Shown: positions 9,317 to 19,646, numbered from the stretch's first letter. The stretch: DNA of 64,000 nucleotides from Cyanobacteria bacterium P01_G01_bin.67 (GCA_039179675.1 JBCDEP010000007.1:1979-65978), one strand, 5' to 3'. Program-made: numbers and translations. Notes: generated by a model not told the origin, from the sequence alone.

Positions 9317-10756
9317 TCAATGACTAAGTGAAGATGGGTTAAGCAGTTCTAGATTTTTTTGTTCTTCTTTGGTTAATTCAGTTGATTGACCTAAAGCTTT
9401 TTTATATATTTTGATATATTCTAGAGCAGAATTTAACCAGCTAAAACTCTGGCTCATAGCTCTTTGCTGCAATTGCTGCCATTTGTCTTGATAAATAAAG
9501 CCTTCTGAAGCCCGCACCATGCAAGTAAATAAATCTAGAGGTTCATAACGATCAAAACAATAGCCAGTACCTCCTTGGTTCATTGGATCATGATGACTTA
9601 CTGTATCTACCAGTCCCCCTGTGCGTCTAACAATCGGGATGCATCCGTAACGCATTGCTAACATCTGACTAATTCCGCAGGGTTCAAACTTAGAAGGCAT
9701 CAAAAACACATCGCATCCACCATAAATTCTGCGGGCGATCGCATCACTATAAAGCAACTGCACTGACATTCTCCCTCTCCAGCGACCTGCTAATTCCCAG
9801 AGCTGGGTTTCAAGCTGGCGATCGCCTGTGCCCAAAACCACTAATTGAGAGTTGCTATATGCCATAAAACGGTCGATAATTTGCATTAAGAGGCTAATTC
9901 CCTTTTGTTCAACCAAACGAGAGACTACACCCATCAAAAAGACATTGTCATCAACATTTAAGCCTAATTCTGACTGCAATGCTGCTTTGTTCTGAGATCT
10001 TTTCTCCAAAGTTTTTTGAGTAAAATTCTCTGGCAATGCCTGATCTATAGCAGGATTATAACTTTCGACATCAATCCCATTCAAAATACCTGAAGTCTTA
10101 CCGCTGATAAAAGATAATAAACCCTCTAATTTTTCTCCGTATTCAATGGTTTTAATCTGCTCAGCATAGGTAGGAGAGACCGTAGTCACTTGATCTGCAA
10201 ACTGAACCGCTGCCGCCATTACGTTGTGTCCTTGCATGTACCACGGACACCAGGTAATTTTATCTAAATACCATCGCCAAGGACCTTGATATGCTAGATT
10301 ATGAATCGTATAGATACTAGAAATATCAGGGGATTGATTCATCCACACTGGCAGCATTCCTGTATGCCAGTCATGACAGTGAACTATCTCTGGTTTCCAG
10401 TAATTCCAGCAAAATTCAGCAGCACCATTACTAAAGAAAGTAAATCGCCACGGTTCATCTTCACCACCATAAATGCGCTCAGGATCAAACGCAGGATGAC
10501 CAAACAAATAAAGTGAAACATCACTATCGGGTAAGAGAGTTTCGTAAACAGCAAAGCTATTAAACATTGCATATCCCCACCATACTGGATTCGCAGGAAT
10601 ATCCAGCTTGCTAGATAAAGAGCCATAATAAGGCATGAAAATACGGACATCATGACCTAACTTCCTGAGTAGTTTGGGTAATGCACCGACGACATCCCCT
10701 AATCCACCCACTTTAGCGATTGGGGCTACTTCTGCTGATACAAATAAAATCCGCAT
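9317..10756 (-). CDS. glgA: glycogen synthase
   Basis: 479 aa. It begins [28 protein letters not shown] (KxGGL motif) and shows the GT5 fold signature throughout. Confidence 0.95.
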   Translation of the reverse strand: MRILFVSAEVAPIAKVGGLGDVVGALPKLLRKLGHDVRIFMPYYGSLSSKLDIPANPVWWGYAMFNSFAVYETLLPDSDVSLYLFGHPAFDPERIYGGEDEPWRFTFFSNGAAEFCWNYWKPEIVHCHDWHTGMLPVWMNQSPDISSIYTIHNLAYQGPWRWYLDKITWCPWYMQGHNVMAAAVQFADQVTTVSPTYAEQIKTIEYGEKLEGLLSFISGKTSGILNGIDVESYNPAIDQALPENFTQKTLEKRSQNKAALQSELGLNVDDNVFLMGVVSRLVEQKGISLLMQIIDRFMAYSNSQLVVLGTGDRQLETQLWELAGRWRGRMSVQLLYSDAIARRIYGGCDVFLMPSKFEPCGISQMLAMRYGCIPIVRRTGGLVDTVSHHDPMNQGGTGYCFDRYEPLDLFTCMVRASEGFIYQDKWQQLQQRAMSQSFSWLNSALEYIKIYKKALGQSTELTKEEQKNLELLNPSSLSH

Positions 10757-11014
10757 TTAGTTACTATGATTGCTTTCCTTTGCAATGGCTTCCTGTGTGA
10801 TTATATAGGTCGGAGGGGACGGACGATAGGGGATTAGACAAAAGATTTCTGATTCAAACCAAGTAAGTAATTTTGTTCTATTTAAGAAACTGCTGTTAGT
10901 GCCAACAATTTATTAAATATTCCCCAAACTTTTGCTAACAGTAAGGAAATTAATAAATTGAATTTTACCTAGATAAACAGCAAGGCCTACTTAAATAGCC
11001 TACCAAGAAAAAGA

Positions 11015-11440
11015 ATGGGTGTCGGATGCCTACTATTCAACATTGAAGCAAAACTTTTGCTTCTCAAACCGACTTATAAAGATAACTGGTTATTTCCTGG
11101 AGGAGTAATCGAAGCTAACGAATCACTGAGACAAGCCTGCATTAGGGAAGTAAGAGAAGAGATGGGAATAGAGTGCCAGCCTGAAAGATTGCTATGTATC
11201 GATTATGTTAGCAAAACTGAAAATAACAATGAGTCAGTACAATTTGTTTTTTGGAGTGGAATTATTGCTGATTCGGCAGAGATTATTCTGGCACCAAAGG
11301 AAATTTGCATGTATCAATTTTGGGAGCTTGAAGAAGCAATAGGCAAGTTAGGAATTCATTCTCAACGAAGACTACATAGATGTATGAAAGATTGGCACAG
11401 TAAAACGACAATTTACTTAGAAGATGGGCAACTACCCTAG
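11015..11440 (+). CDS. NUDIX hydrolase
   Basis: 141 aa with the Nudix box GGVIEANESLRQACIREVREEMGI. Confidence 0.75.
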   Translation: MGVGCLLFNIEAKLLLLKPTYKDNWLFPGGVIEANESLRQACIREVREEMGIECQPERLLCIDYVSKTENNNESVQFVFWSGIIADSAEIILAPKEICMYQFWELEEAIGKLGIHSQRRLHRCMKDWHSKTTIYLEDGQLP

Positions 11441-11455
11441 CTAATAGTTAAAAAG

Positions 11456-12064
11456 TTATAAACCAGTTTCCCGCAGAGCTTCTAGATAGTCGATCGCCGC
11501 CTGTAGTTTATCTTCATAGGAATAAGAAAATTCTTCAAACCACTTCCCTTCCTCTGAGCGGGGATTCAGGGTTTTAAGCCATTGTCTGGCTGTTTCTCGT
11601 AAAGCTTCCTTACGCCTTTGCTCTCGTAACTTTGCTCTCTGCTGTGCCTCAATTAATTCCTGTTGGCGCCGTTGTTGTTCAGCAATTTTTGCTTCTTCTT
11701 GCCGTTTTTTTTCTGCCAGCTGGGCTTCTCTTTTTTGCTCCTGCTGCTGGTAATCACTATCAATTAAAGCATTGAGGCGCTGACGATACTTAGCGGAATT
11801 ACTCGGATTCTGTTTGGGTTCAACGGGAAGTGCTGATGGAGTTGTTTGCTGGTGGGATGAACGATTTGGTCTAGTTCCAAATTCCAGCTCATAGCTTAAC
11901 TCCGACAACATCTGCTCCATTGATGGTTGAGGAGCTGAATGGGGTGGTTTTGCCTGGGGAATCGGGGATTTCCCTGCTTGGGGATTTGTTCTCTGTTTAG
12001 GTTCAAATTCATTCTTTAATTGAGCCAGTAAATCATCCATATTTCTATCTGACATCAATCCCAC
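11456..12064 (-). CDS. hypothetical protein, Gln/Glu/Arg-rich coiled coil
   Basis: 202-aa ORF with a low-complexity central QQEQKREAQLAEKKRQEEAKIAEQQRRQQE segment and a structured C-terminal end. No family was recognised. Confidence 0.5.
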   Translation of the reverse strand: MGLMSDRNMDDLLAQLKNEFEPKQRTNPQAGKSPIPQAKPPHSAPQPSMEQMLSELSYELEFGTRPNRSSHQQTTPSALPVEPKQNPSNSAKYRQRLNALIDSDYQQQEQKREAQLAEKKRQEEAKIAEQQRRQQELIEAQQRAKLREQRRKEALRETARQWLKTLNPRSEEGKWFEEFSYSYEDKLQAAIDYLEALRETGL

Positions 12065-12115
12065 CCCGTTTCATATTCGTAATATTTGTCTGGAGAATTT
12101 ACTTACTATTATGAA

Positions 12116-12592
12116 TTATGCTGCAATTAAAGTATCTACCAAGGGTTTCCAATTAACGTAGCGATCGCCACCCATCTCCAAAACAATCTTAATTTTCGAC
12201 TCTTCTTGGGTTAAATCGACCAAATATTGAATTTCCTGACGGGATAAAATTTGTCCTTCAATAATCCAAATTGCTAATCCTTTAGAATTGGGAGGCAATG
12301 AACTCAATTCATAGGTAGCGATCGGTGGAACATAATAGATATCACCAACGCAAGCATCCTGACCAATAGTTTTCTTACCTAAGTGAGGAGGACGCACCCC
12401 GTGTACTTTAGTAAGATAAGCCGCTAAATCCCCTAGTCCTCTAGCAGTGATATTAATTGTATGATAGCCATAAGCTCGTAAACGTCTTTGATAACGTCCT
12501 TCTGCTCCCCCTTCTAAGGGCATATACAAGCCCAAAGCCCCATTTTTTTCTAAAGCGCGAATAAATGATTTTCCAGTAGTAATCAGTGGCAT
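12116..12592 (-). CDS. ndhN: NAD(P)H-quinone oxidoreductase (NDH-1) subunit N
   Basis: 158 aa. It begins MPLITTGKSFIRALEKNGALGLYMPLEGGAEGRYQRRLRAYGY, which closely matches the NdhN N-terminus as I remember it. Confidence 0.9.
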   Translation of the reverse strand: MPLITTGKSFIRALEKNGALGLYMPLEGGAEGRYQRRLRAYGYHTINITARGLGDLAAYLTKVHGVRPPHLGKKTIGQDACVGDIYYVPPIATYELSSLPPNSKGLAIWIIEGQILSRQEIQYLVDLTQEESKIKIVLEMGGDRYVNWKPLVDTLIAA

Positions 12593-12953
12593 GGTTTGTG
12601 TATATGTTGAACTGGTTTGTTTAAACTATATTTTAAAAGATTGTTGCTTGATCAGGATCGGAAGTATTTAATTTCTGAAGTTGTAGTTTGAGTTTTAAGA
12701 TCCTGATGATCGCATTTAGGACAACTATTCTAGACAAATTAAATTGATCATCAGGATCAGATTAAGGCGATCGCTCTCTAGACAATTTTGATTGCAGCCA
12801 AGTAAAGTTCATCTCAGTGACTAACCTAGGCGGTATATTTTCTCCTGATCAAGAAGCTGACTGATAAATAATCATCAACTGCGATCGCCTGATCAAGCTG
12901 CTACCAGTCATAATATGAAGATTTTCTGGTTTAGCTTTTGATATTCTGTTTAC

Positions 12954-12979
12954 AAAAAAGGGTGAGCTAACTGCTCACC
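12954..12979 (-). terminator. intrinsic terminator downstream of the ClpC-like gene
   Basis: On the minus strand the sequence reads GGTGAGC-agtta-GCTCACC followed by CTTTTTT. Confidence 0.7.
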
Positions 12980-13017
12980 TTTACCCACTAGAAATTAATT
13001 GTTTTTAATCAAATAAA

Positions 13018-15384
13018 TTAACGAGTTGCTTCAACTAATACTTGTTCTTGAACAGAGGTCACTGTGGTATTACCATCTTCACCAATATCAATCAAAGCAT
13101 TATCACCATCACTAACCCGCCCCGAAAGAATTGCTTCTGCTAAGCTGTCTTCTAATAGACGCATAATGGCTCGACGCAAGGGTCTAGCACCATAGCTAGG
13201 ATCGAAACCTTCCTCGATTACTTTATCTTCAAAGGCAGTAGTAACTCCCAGAGTAATCTGTCTTTGTTCTTCCAGCCTAGAGGATATTTCTCTTAACAAG
13301 ATACCTGCAATTTCTCTTACTTCAGGTCTGGTCAACTGGCGGAAGACTATAATTTCATCAAGACGGTTGATAAACTCGGGACGGAAATAGTTTTTCAATT
13401 CCTGATTGACTAAGTCTTTAATCCGATTATATTGCGCCTCATCTTGGTCGCCAGAAAAATCAAACCCGAGACCGCTGCCTCCTTTTTCGATGACTTTAGA
13501 ACCAATATTAGAAGTCATAATAATGACTGTGTTCTTAAAGCTTACTGTGCGTCCTTGAGCATCGGTCAGACGACCATCATCAAGTAACTGAAGCATCAAG
13601 TTAAAGACATCAGGGTGTGCTTTTTCAATTTCGTCAAACAAAACGATAGTATAAGGCTGACGGCGAACGGCTTCGGTCAGCTGTCCTCCTTCGTCATAAC
13701 CGACAAATCCTGGAGGAGAACCAATCAGTTTGGATATGGTGTGAGATTCCATATACTCCGACATATCAATCCGCACGATCGCATCTTCCGTACCGAACAT
13801 TTGAGTTGCTAAGGCTTTAGCGAGTTCGGTTTTACCCACTCCAGTGGGACCAGAGAAAAATAAACTAGCAATTGGTCGATTACGGTCGCCCAATCCAGAA
13901 CGAGAGCGTCTGAGGGCACGGGAAACAGCCTTGACAGCCTCATCTTGACCGATCACTCGCTCATGAAGATTATCTTCTAAATACATTAAGGCTTCTGATT
14001 CGGTTTCCGTCATTTTAGTAACGGGTACCCCAGTCCAAGCTGCAACAATTTTGGCGATCGCTTCTTCATCCACTACAGGAGTCAAAGCTTCAGGGTTAAT
14101 CGTCGGCACTTCAACCTGATTTTCTGCTTCACCCTGTTGTAAACAGTGATTGAGATGAGTACGTGAACCTGCTTCATCAATTAAATCGATTGCCTTGTCG
14201 GGCAAAAAGCGGTCGGTAATATATCTTTCGGCAAAAGTCACCGCAGTATGAATTGCTTCATCAGTATACTTGACCTTATGAAAATCTTCGTAGGTCTTAC
14301 GCAAGCCTTGTAGAATAGCGATCGCATCTTCTACTGAAGGTTCCCCTACCATGACTTTTTGAAAACGACGTTCTAATGCCGCATCTCGTTCAATATACTG
14401 ACGATACTCATCTAAAGTAGTGCTACCTAGACATTGAATTTCCCCTCTAGCCAAGGCTGGCTTGAGCATATTTGCCGCGTCCATCGCGCCACCCATGGCA
14501 CCGGCACCGACAATGGTATGGATTTCATCAATTACGAGAATAATGTTGCCCGCAGTACGAACTTCGTCCACAATTGACTTGAGACGTTCTTCAAACTCGC
14601 CTCTGAACTTAGTTCCAGCAAGTAGGGAACCCATATCCAAGCTAATGACTTCTTTATCTTCGAGGAGGGTGGAAACATCCCCATCGACAATCCGTTGAGC
14701 TAAGCCTTCAGCGATCGCAGTTTTACCGACTCCAGGTTCACCTACCAAAATAGGATTGTTTTTGGTACGTCTACCTAAAATTTGTACTGCTCTTTCAATT
14801 TCGGGATATCTACCAACCACAGGATCTAACTTACCCTCTCTGGCTAGCTCCGTTAGGTTAATGCTAAATTCTTTAAGCTTAGCTGGTTGTTCTTTGCCAC
14901 CACCAAAACCAAAAGGACTATCCTTACTGGCAGTAGCAGCAACTACTTCTGCTTCGCCTAGCTTTTTAATTAAATCTGTTCTGAGCTGTTTTAGGTTGAC
15001 GTTTTGTTTGGCAAGTAGCTTAACTGCCATATTGTCAGTCTGCTTAATTATTGCCAATAAAATATGTTCGGGGCTAATAGAATTGCTTTTGAGCTGACGT
15101 GCTTCGTTAAAAGCCTGTTCCAAAATTCGCTTAGCTTTTGGCGTAAAAGGAATATTCGCGGGAATAAACCCAGAACCCTTACCAATAACCTCAATTGCTA
15201 ATTCCCTAGTTCGCTCCAGACTAACACCAAAATTAGTTAGTAATTCCGCAGCAGTTGATGTCCCCTCCCCAATCACTCCCAATAAGATATGCTCTGTCCC
15301 CACAAGATTATGTCCCGTGTTTCTCGCCTCTTCTTGAGCTAGGACGACATTTTTAATGGCTTTTTCATTGAAGTATTCAAACAT
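13018..15384 (-). CDS. ClpC-like AAA+ ATPase (two Clp_N repeats, two AAA modules, LGF ClpP-docking loop), lacking the UVR/middle domain
   Basis: 788 aa beginning [36 protein letters not shown]. Walker A motifs are GEPGVGKTA and GPTGVGKTE, and there is a GSGLGFDF loop. Confidence 0.85.
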   Translation of the reverse strand: MFEYFNEKAIKNVVLAQEEARNTGHNLVGTEHILLGVIGEGTSTAAELLTNFGVSLERTRELAIEVIGKGSGFIPANIPFTPKAKRILEQAFNEARQLKSNSISPEHILLAIIKQTDNMAVKLLAKQNVNLKQLRTDLIKKLGEAEVVAATASKDSPFGFGGGKEQPAKLKEFSINLTELAREGKLDPVVGRYPEIERAVQILGRRTKNNPILVGEPGVGKTAIAEGLAQRIVDGDVSTLLEDKEVISLDMGSLLAGTKFRGEFEERLKSIVDEVRTAGNIILVIDEIHTIVGAGAMGGAMDAANMLKPALARGEIQCLGSTTLDEYRQYIERDAALERRFQKVMVGEPSVEDAIAILQGLRKTYEDFHKVKYTDEAIHTAVTFAERYITDRFLPDKAIDLIDEAGSRTHLNHCLQQGEAENQVEVPTINPEALTPVVDEEAIAKIVAAWTGVPVTKMTETESEALMYLEDNLHERVIGQDEAVKAVSRALRRSRSGLGDRNRPIASLFFSGPTGVGKTELAKALATQMFGTEDAIVRIDMSEYMESHTISKLIGSPPGFVGYDEGGQLTEAVRRQPYTIVLFDEIEKAHPDVFNLMLQLLDDGRLTDAQGRTVSFKNTVIIMTSNIGSKVIEKGGSGLGFDFSGDQDEAQYNRIKDLVNQELKNYFRPEFINRLDEIIVFRQLTRPEVREIAGILLREISSRLEEQRQITLGVTTAFEDKVIEEGFDPSYGARPLRRAIMRLLEDSLAEAILSGRVSDGDNALIDIGEDGNTTVTSVQEQVLVEATR

Positions 15385-15540
15385 AGTGTAGAAAACTCCT
15401 TATCTTTATTAATATTTCTTTATCTTCTGTATCCAACTTTATCGCTTTTAGCCGTCGGTATGTAGTGGTAAAAGCCGTAATCTCTATTAAATTTTGATCT
15501 TGCCTAGTAAGATTATCAGTTTAGGTTGGAGTTAAATTCC

Positions 15541-16143
15541 ATGATTGATGAAGGCTATATAAAGTATCAGTGTCGCTGGCAGCAAGTATCAGCAGTCTCT
15601 GATGCAGAAATTGTCGAATTAAACCGATATCGCACTAAGCTCTACAAACTGGGATTGATTGGCGTATATGATAATGGCATTGGCTTTGGTAACTTAAGTA
15701 TCCGCTTACCTGAGGCGGCACAACTGATTATCTCTGGTACACAAACAGGGGGAATTGTTAATTTAAAGGCACAACACTATGCGAAAGTTATTGATTATAA
15801 TTGGCAAGAAAACTACGTGCTATGCCAAGGATTGATTAAGGCTTCATCAGAAACTTTGACCCATGCAGCTATCTACGCTGCTCGACCTCAGGTAAATGCG
15901 GTAATTCATATTCATAATTACCAACTTTGGCAGCAATTGCGAGACGTTGCTCCCACTACTAACGCGGAGTGTGCCTACGGTACTCCAGAAATGGCGGGAG
16001 AAATTGTGCACTTATGTCAACAAAAACTAACCCAACAGCATCAAATTATTGTCATGAGTGGACATGAAGCAGGAATTTTAACTTTTGGTCACAATTTAGC
16101 CGAGGCTAGCGATATACTTTTAGATTATTTCTCTGCCATTTAA
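15541..16143 (+). CDS. class II aldolase/adducin-family protein
   Basis: The ORF track starts at TTG 15526, but the ATG at 15541 (MIDEGYIKYQC...) is more likely. GNLSIR, SGTQTG and AVIHIHN motifs are present. Confidence 0.65.
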   Translation: MIDEGYIKYQCRWQQVSAVSDAEIVELNRYRTKLYKLGLIGVYDNGIGFGNLSIRLPEAAQLIISGTQTGGIVNLKAQHYAKVIDYNWQENYVLCQGLIKASSETLTHAAIYAARPQVNAVIHIHNYQLWQQLRDVAPTTNAECAYGTPEMAGEIVHLCQQKLTQQHQIIVMSGHEAGILTFGHNLAEASDILLDYFSAI

Positions 16144-16244
16144 TTTCGATGGTAACTATGCCGAGCAATATGGGAATTACTTGAAATAGTGCTGAAGTAT
16201 TGAGCAAATAATCAAAATACAAACCACACACGGAAGAACCGAAA

Positions 16245-16928
16245 TTGATTAGCAAACCAGATCGCAGAAAAAAACGTCTCTTATTGTCGGCTTTACTGGC
16301 AGCAAGTAGTTACATCTCTAGTCTGATCGTAAGTCCCGCTGCTACAGCAAAACTTTTTGATGGTCCGGTAGATCAGCTTCCTCTAGAACAGAGAGTTTCC
16401 CTCAGAAGAGGGGAATTAGTTTTTTTAGGAGAAGAGGGAGAGTATGTTATTCGTCTCTTGGTAGAAACCTCGATCGAACATGCTTGGCAAGTTTTGACAG
16501 ATTATGAAAATTTTGCTGAATTTCTTCCAGGGGTTACTAGCAGTGAATTGCTGGAAAACGATGGCGATCGCAAAGTGTTTGAACAGATTAATCAAATCAA
16601 AGCTCTGGTCTTTAGTATTGAGTCACGAGTCAAAATTGCCACGACGGAAACTTATCCTGCCCAGATTAATTTCCAGGCAGTAGATGGAGATTTACCAGCT
16701 TTAAATGGCATGTGGACTTTAGAACCCGTATCTCCTTATCCTAGTGCCCCTCCAGACCGTGTTTTAATTACCCACAGAGTTTCGGTTCAACCAGGAAACA
16801 CCCCCAGTGACAGTATTTTTTTTGGAATCTACGAAGATCGTCTACAAGAAACTTTGGAAGCCATCAAGGAGGAAGTAGAAAAACGTACCACTACTAAGCA
16901 AGAGCCAGGAGAAGTTTCAATTAACTAA
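16245..16928 (+). CDS. SRPBCC (cyclase/dehydrase-like) protein with signal peptide
   Basis: 227 aa with a TTG start and an N-terminal hydrophobic signal-like segment. WQVLTDYENFAEFLPGV is typical of the polyketide-cyclase/SRPBCC fold. Confidence 0.55.
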   Translation: MISKPDRRKKRLLLSALLAASSYISSLIVSPAATAKLFDGPVDQLPLEQRVSLRRGELVFLGEEGEYVIRLLVETSIEHAWQVLTDYENFAEFLPGVTSSELLENDGDRKVFEQINQIKALVFSIESRVKIATTETYPAQINFQAVDGDLPALNGMWTLEPVSPYPSAPPDRVLITHRVSVQPGNTPSDSIFFGIYEDRLQETLEAIKEEVEKRTTTKQEPGEVSIN

Positions 16929-16942
16929 ATCATTTCTAGCTC

Positions 16943-17758
16943 TTAATTACTAATCTTCCCTGAAGCGACAGCTATCTGCCTTTTAGCTTCGTATAACATC
17001 AAAGCCGCCACCACAGAAACATTGAGCGATTCCACCTCTTTTCCTAAAGGAATTTTCACCTGAATGTCAGCGATTTCCATCAACTCAGGAGATAATCCCG
17101 CTCCCTCATTACCAAGCAGAATTAAAGTGGGTAGGGTAAAATCAATCTCCCAATAGGTTTTTCTAGCTTTAGAAGAAGTAGCAATAACTTGCACTCCCTG
17201 CTGTTGTTGATTTCTAGCAAGTTCTCTGAGATCTTGATCAGTAAACAGGGGCGCATCAAACCATTGTCCTGCACTAGCTCGTAAAACTTTAGGACTATAA
17301 ACATCAACGCTATCTGAACTTAGCCAAATCCCATCAATCTCTGTTGCCGCAACCGTACGGATGATAGTGCCAAGATTTCCTGGATCTTGCAGTCTTTCTA
17401 GAGCAATTCCACATCCGTTGATGACCGTCTCCAATTGAGTAACAGCAGGGCGCGGGGCGATCGCTACTACGCCATCGGGATTAACGGTAGTGGCGATCGC
17501 ATTGAGGACATCGACACTAACAGCCTGGGTCTTAAAATTCTTAACCGCTATTTTTCGGCATAATGGCTGATGGTTTTCGCGCCAGAGATCTGTGGAAAAA
17601 ATAATATCTAGCTTATAATCGGCATGACATGCAGCCTCAATTAAATTGGTTCCTTCAATTAACATCAGATTTTGCTTGGCTCTCTCTTTAGGACGATGTA
17701 GCTTGCGAACCTGCTTTATTAGGGGATTTTTAATGCTAGTTAAAATTATCTTTTCCAT
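16943..17758 (-). CDS. TrmH/SpoU-family RNA 2'-O-methyltransferase
   Basis: The true start is probably MEKIILTSIKNPLIKQVRKL at comp 17758. SpoU motifs are present (LQDPGNLGTIIRT, LILLGNEGAGLS, IPLGKEVESLNVSVVAA). The longer ORF-track version runs across the tRNA gene. Confidence 0.8.
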   Translation of the reverse strand: MEKIILTSIKNPLIKQVRKLHRPKERAKQNLMLIEGTNLIEAACHADYKLDIIFSTDLWRENHQPLCRKIAVKNFKTQAVSVDVLNAIATTVNPDGVVAIAPRPAVTQLETVINGCGIALERLQDPGNLGTIIRTVAATEIDGIWLSSDSVDVYSPKVLRASAGQWFDAPLFTDQDLRELARNQQQQGVQVIATSSKARKTYWEIDFTLPTLILLGNEGAGLSPELMEIADIQVKIPLGKEVESLNVSVVAALMLYEAKRQIAVASGKISN

Positions 17759-17811
17759 ACTGGCTATTGACGAATAGCACGGTTGAAAGTAATACTTTGG
17801 TTGCTTCGTAG

Positions 17812-17896
17812 TGCGGAACTCGGGACTTGAACCCGAATGTTTTAAGCAAACACTAGAATCTGAATCTAGCGCGTCTACCAATTCCGCCAGTTCCGC
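17812..17896 (-). tRNA. tRNA-Leu (anticodon CAG), class II with long variable arm
   Basis: The minus strand reads GCGGAAC-TG-GCGGAATTGGTAGACGC-G-CTAGA-TTCAGAT-TCTAG-TGTTTGCTTAAAACAT-TCGGG-TTCAAGT-CCCGA-GTTCCGC-A. This gives a complete cloverleaf. CCA is not encoded. Confidence 0.93.
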
Positions 17897-17947
17897 AGCA
17901 AAATTAAACTCACAAGTTCTCATTATGATTGACTTTTATACTTAATG

Positions 17948-18104
17948 TCAAACTCGTGCGCACATGCGGACAAAGGCGAGAGCTTGCCGCATGTAGTCCT
18001 TTGTCTTGCGCCAGACGGCGAACGGTGCTTCACACCATTAACTTACAAAGCAAGACTTTGAGGCGGGAGCCTCTGCGGGGCCCTCGTCAAGCTCCTAAGT
18101 TTGA
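17948..18104. ncRNA. candidate structured RNA or GC-rich element of unknown class (strand unresolved)
   Basis: This is a GC-rich island in an AT-rich spacer. It has several Watson-Crick helices:
- 17948-54 with 18098-104
- 17963-69 with 17987-93
- 17968-76 with 17998-18006
- 17980-86 with 18088-94
- a GGTG/CACC hairpin
- a CAAAG/CTTTG hairpin
- GAGGC-GGGA-GCCTC, which is a GNRA loop. Confidence 0.3.
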
Positions 18105-18211
18105 AAATTGGCTAATTTAAAATCAGCTATTCAAGTAGATTTTTGAACTCTATATTTAAGTACTGCGTCAAACATTCTAATTAATATATTTATTACCAAG
18201 AGGATCAAGCC

Positions 18212-19579
18212 ATTAACTCTATCTCTAACCAAACCAAAATCAAAGCGCCCTTTGAAGCTCCTCAAGCTGTTTTAGAAATTTGGGGTCGGGCTTCCCTGAC
18301 TGGCAATGTTAAAATTAGCGGAGCTAAGAATTCGGCTTTAGTACTCATGGCAGGAGCAATTCTCTGTCGTGGCAATTGCGTCTTAAGAAATGTGCCCAAT
18401 TTAGTTGATATTAAGCGCATGGGTCAAATTCTGACGGCGTTGGGAGTCAAGTTAAGACGAGATGGTGATGTCTTGGAAATTGATGCCCATAACATTAATC
18501 CGACAGAAGCTCCCTATGACGTGGTTTCTCAGTTACGAGCTAGCTTCTTTGTAATTGGACCATTACTTACTAGATTAGGAACGGCTCGTGTCCCTTTACC
18601 AGGAGGATGTGCCATCGGGGCTAGACCTGTAGATCTTCATGTGCGGGGATTACAGGCGATGGGAGCTAATGTTTCAATTGAAGATGGAATTGTACATGCC
18701 AATCTCATTGGTAGCAACCAGCGTCTTCAAGGAGCTAATATTTATTTAGATTATCCTAGCGTCGGCGCCACAGAAACGATCCTCATGGCAGCAACCTTGG
18801 CAGAAGGTACAACCAAAATTGAAAATGCTGCTCAAGAACCAGAAATTGTTGATTTAGCCAATTTCTGCCGTCAGATGGGAGCTAAGATTAAAGGTGCAGG
18901 CACAAATACTATTATTATTGAGGGTGTTTCTCACTTAAATTCTGTAGATTACAACGTAATTCCCGATCGCATTGAAGCGGGAACTTTTTTAGTTGCAGGT
19001 GCCATCACTCACTCAGAAATCACCTTGAGTTCAGTTATTCCTGAACACCTCGCCCCCATAATTGCGAAATTAAACGATATCGGATGTCAGATCATCACTG
19101 AAGATGAACCCGAAACTGAGCGTAAATTCTTTGGTGGCAATATTCAGTCGAAACGTCTTCGCATTATTCCAGGAGAACTAAAAGGAACTGATATTGAAAC
19201 TCTACCTTATCCTGGTTTCCCCACAGATATGCAGGCGCAATTTACCGCTTTACTCAGCATTAGTAAAGGTAATAGCGTCATTAGCGAAACTGTTTTTGAA
19301 AATCGTTTGCGTCATGTAGCTGAACTTCAGCGGATGGGAACCAACATTCGCGTCAAAGGTCATCATGCAATTGTTCAGGGAGTCTCTATGATCTCTGGTG
19401 CCCCAGTAATGGCTACGGATCTGAGGGCTTCTGCAGCGTTGGTCTTAGCTGGTTTAGCTGCCGAAGGGAAAACCACGGTCCACGGTCTACATCATTTAGA
19501 TCGCGGTTACGAAGATATCGAAAATAAGCTTCGTGGTTTAGGTGCCAAACTGGAGCGCATTATTCCAGACAGTGTCTAG
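18212..19579 (+). CDS. murA: UDP-N-acetylglucosamine 1-carboxyvinyltransferase
   Basis: The ORF track starts at ATG 18347, but the conserved N-terminus [29 protein letters not shown] lies in frame upstream. The proposed start is ATT 18212, 7 nt after AAGAGGA. The rest is clearly MurA (active-site context [16 protein letters not shown]). Confidence 0.85.
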   Translation: MNSISNQTKIKAPFEAPQAVLEIWGRASLTGNVKISGAKNSALVLMAGAILCRGNCVLRNVPNLVDIKRMGQILTALGVKLRRDGDVLEIDAHNINPTEAPYDVVSQLRASFFVIGPLLTRLGTARVPLPGGCAIGARPVDLHVRGLQAMGANVSIEDGIVHANLIGSNQRLQGANIYLDYPSVGATETILMAATLAEGTTKIENAAQEPEIVDLANFCRQMGAKIKGAGTNTIIIEGVSHLNSVDYNVIPDRIEAGTFLVAGAITHSEITLSSVIPEHLAPIIAKLNDIGCQIITEDEPETERKFFGGNIQSKRLRIIPGELKGTDIETLPYPGFPTDMQAQFTALLSISKGNSVISETVFENRLRHVAELQRMGTNIRVKGHHAIVQGVSMISGAPVMATDLRASAALVLAGLAAEGKTTVHGLHHLDRGYEDIENKLRGLGAKLERIIPDSV

Positions 19580-19599
19580 TATGACGAATATCAATTATT

Positions 19600-19646
19600 A
19601 GCGATCGCAATTCGAGTTTTTACTAGTGAGTTGCGATCGCTTTTTC
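19600..19646 (+). terminator. intrinsic terminator after murA
   Basis: AGCGATCGCAA pairs with TTGCGATCGCT in an 11-bp perfect stem built on two HIP1 sites, with a 20-nt loop. TTTTT follows. Confidence 0.7.

Noticed and set aside
16943-17923. A 326-aa version of the TrmH-family ORF with a 55-aa N-terminal extension.
   Set aside because: The extension (..AELAELVDALDSDSSVCLKHSGSSPEF..) is simply the translation of the tRNA-Leu gene at 17812-17896 on the same strand. The methyltransferase most likely starts at Met comp 17758.
17929-18120. A 63-aa Arg-rich ORF across the GC-rich element.
   Set aside because: It has a TTG start and an extreme Arg/Cys composition with no recognisable fold. Its openness is better explained by the GC-rich, structured nucleotide sequence.
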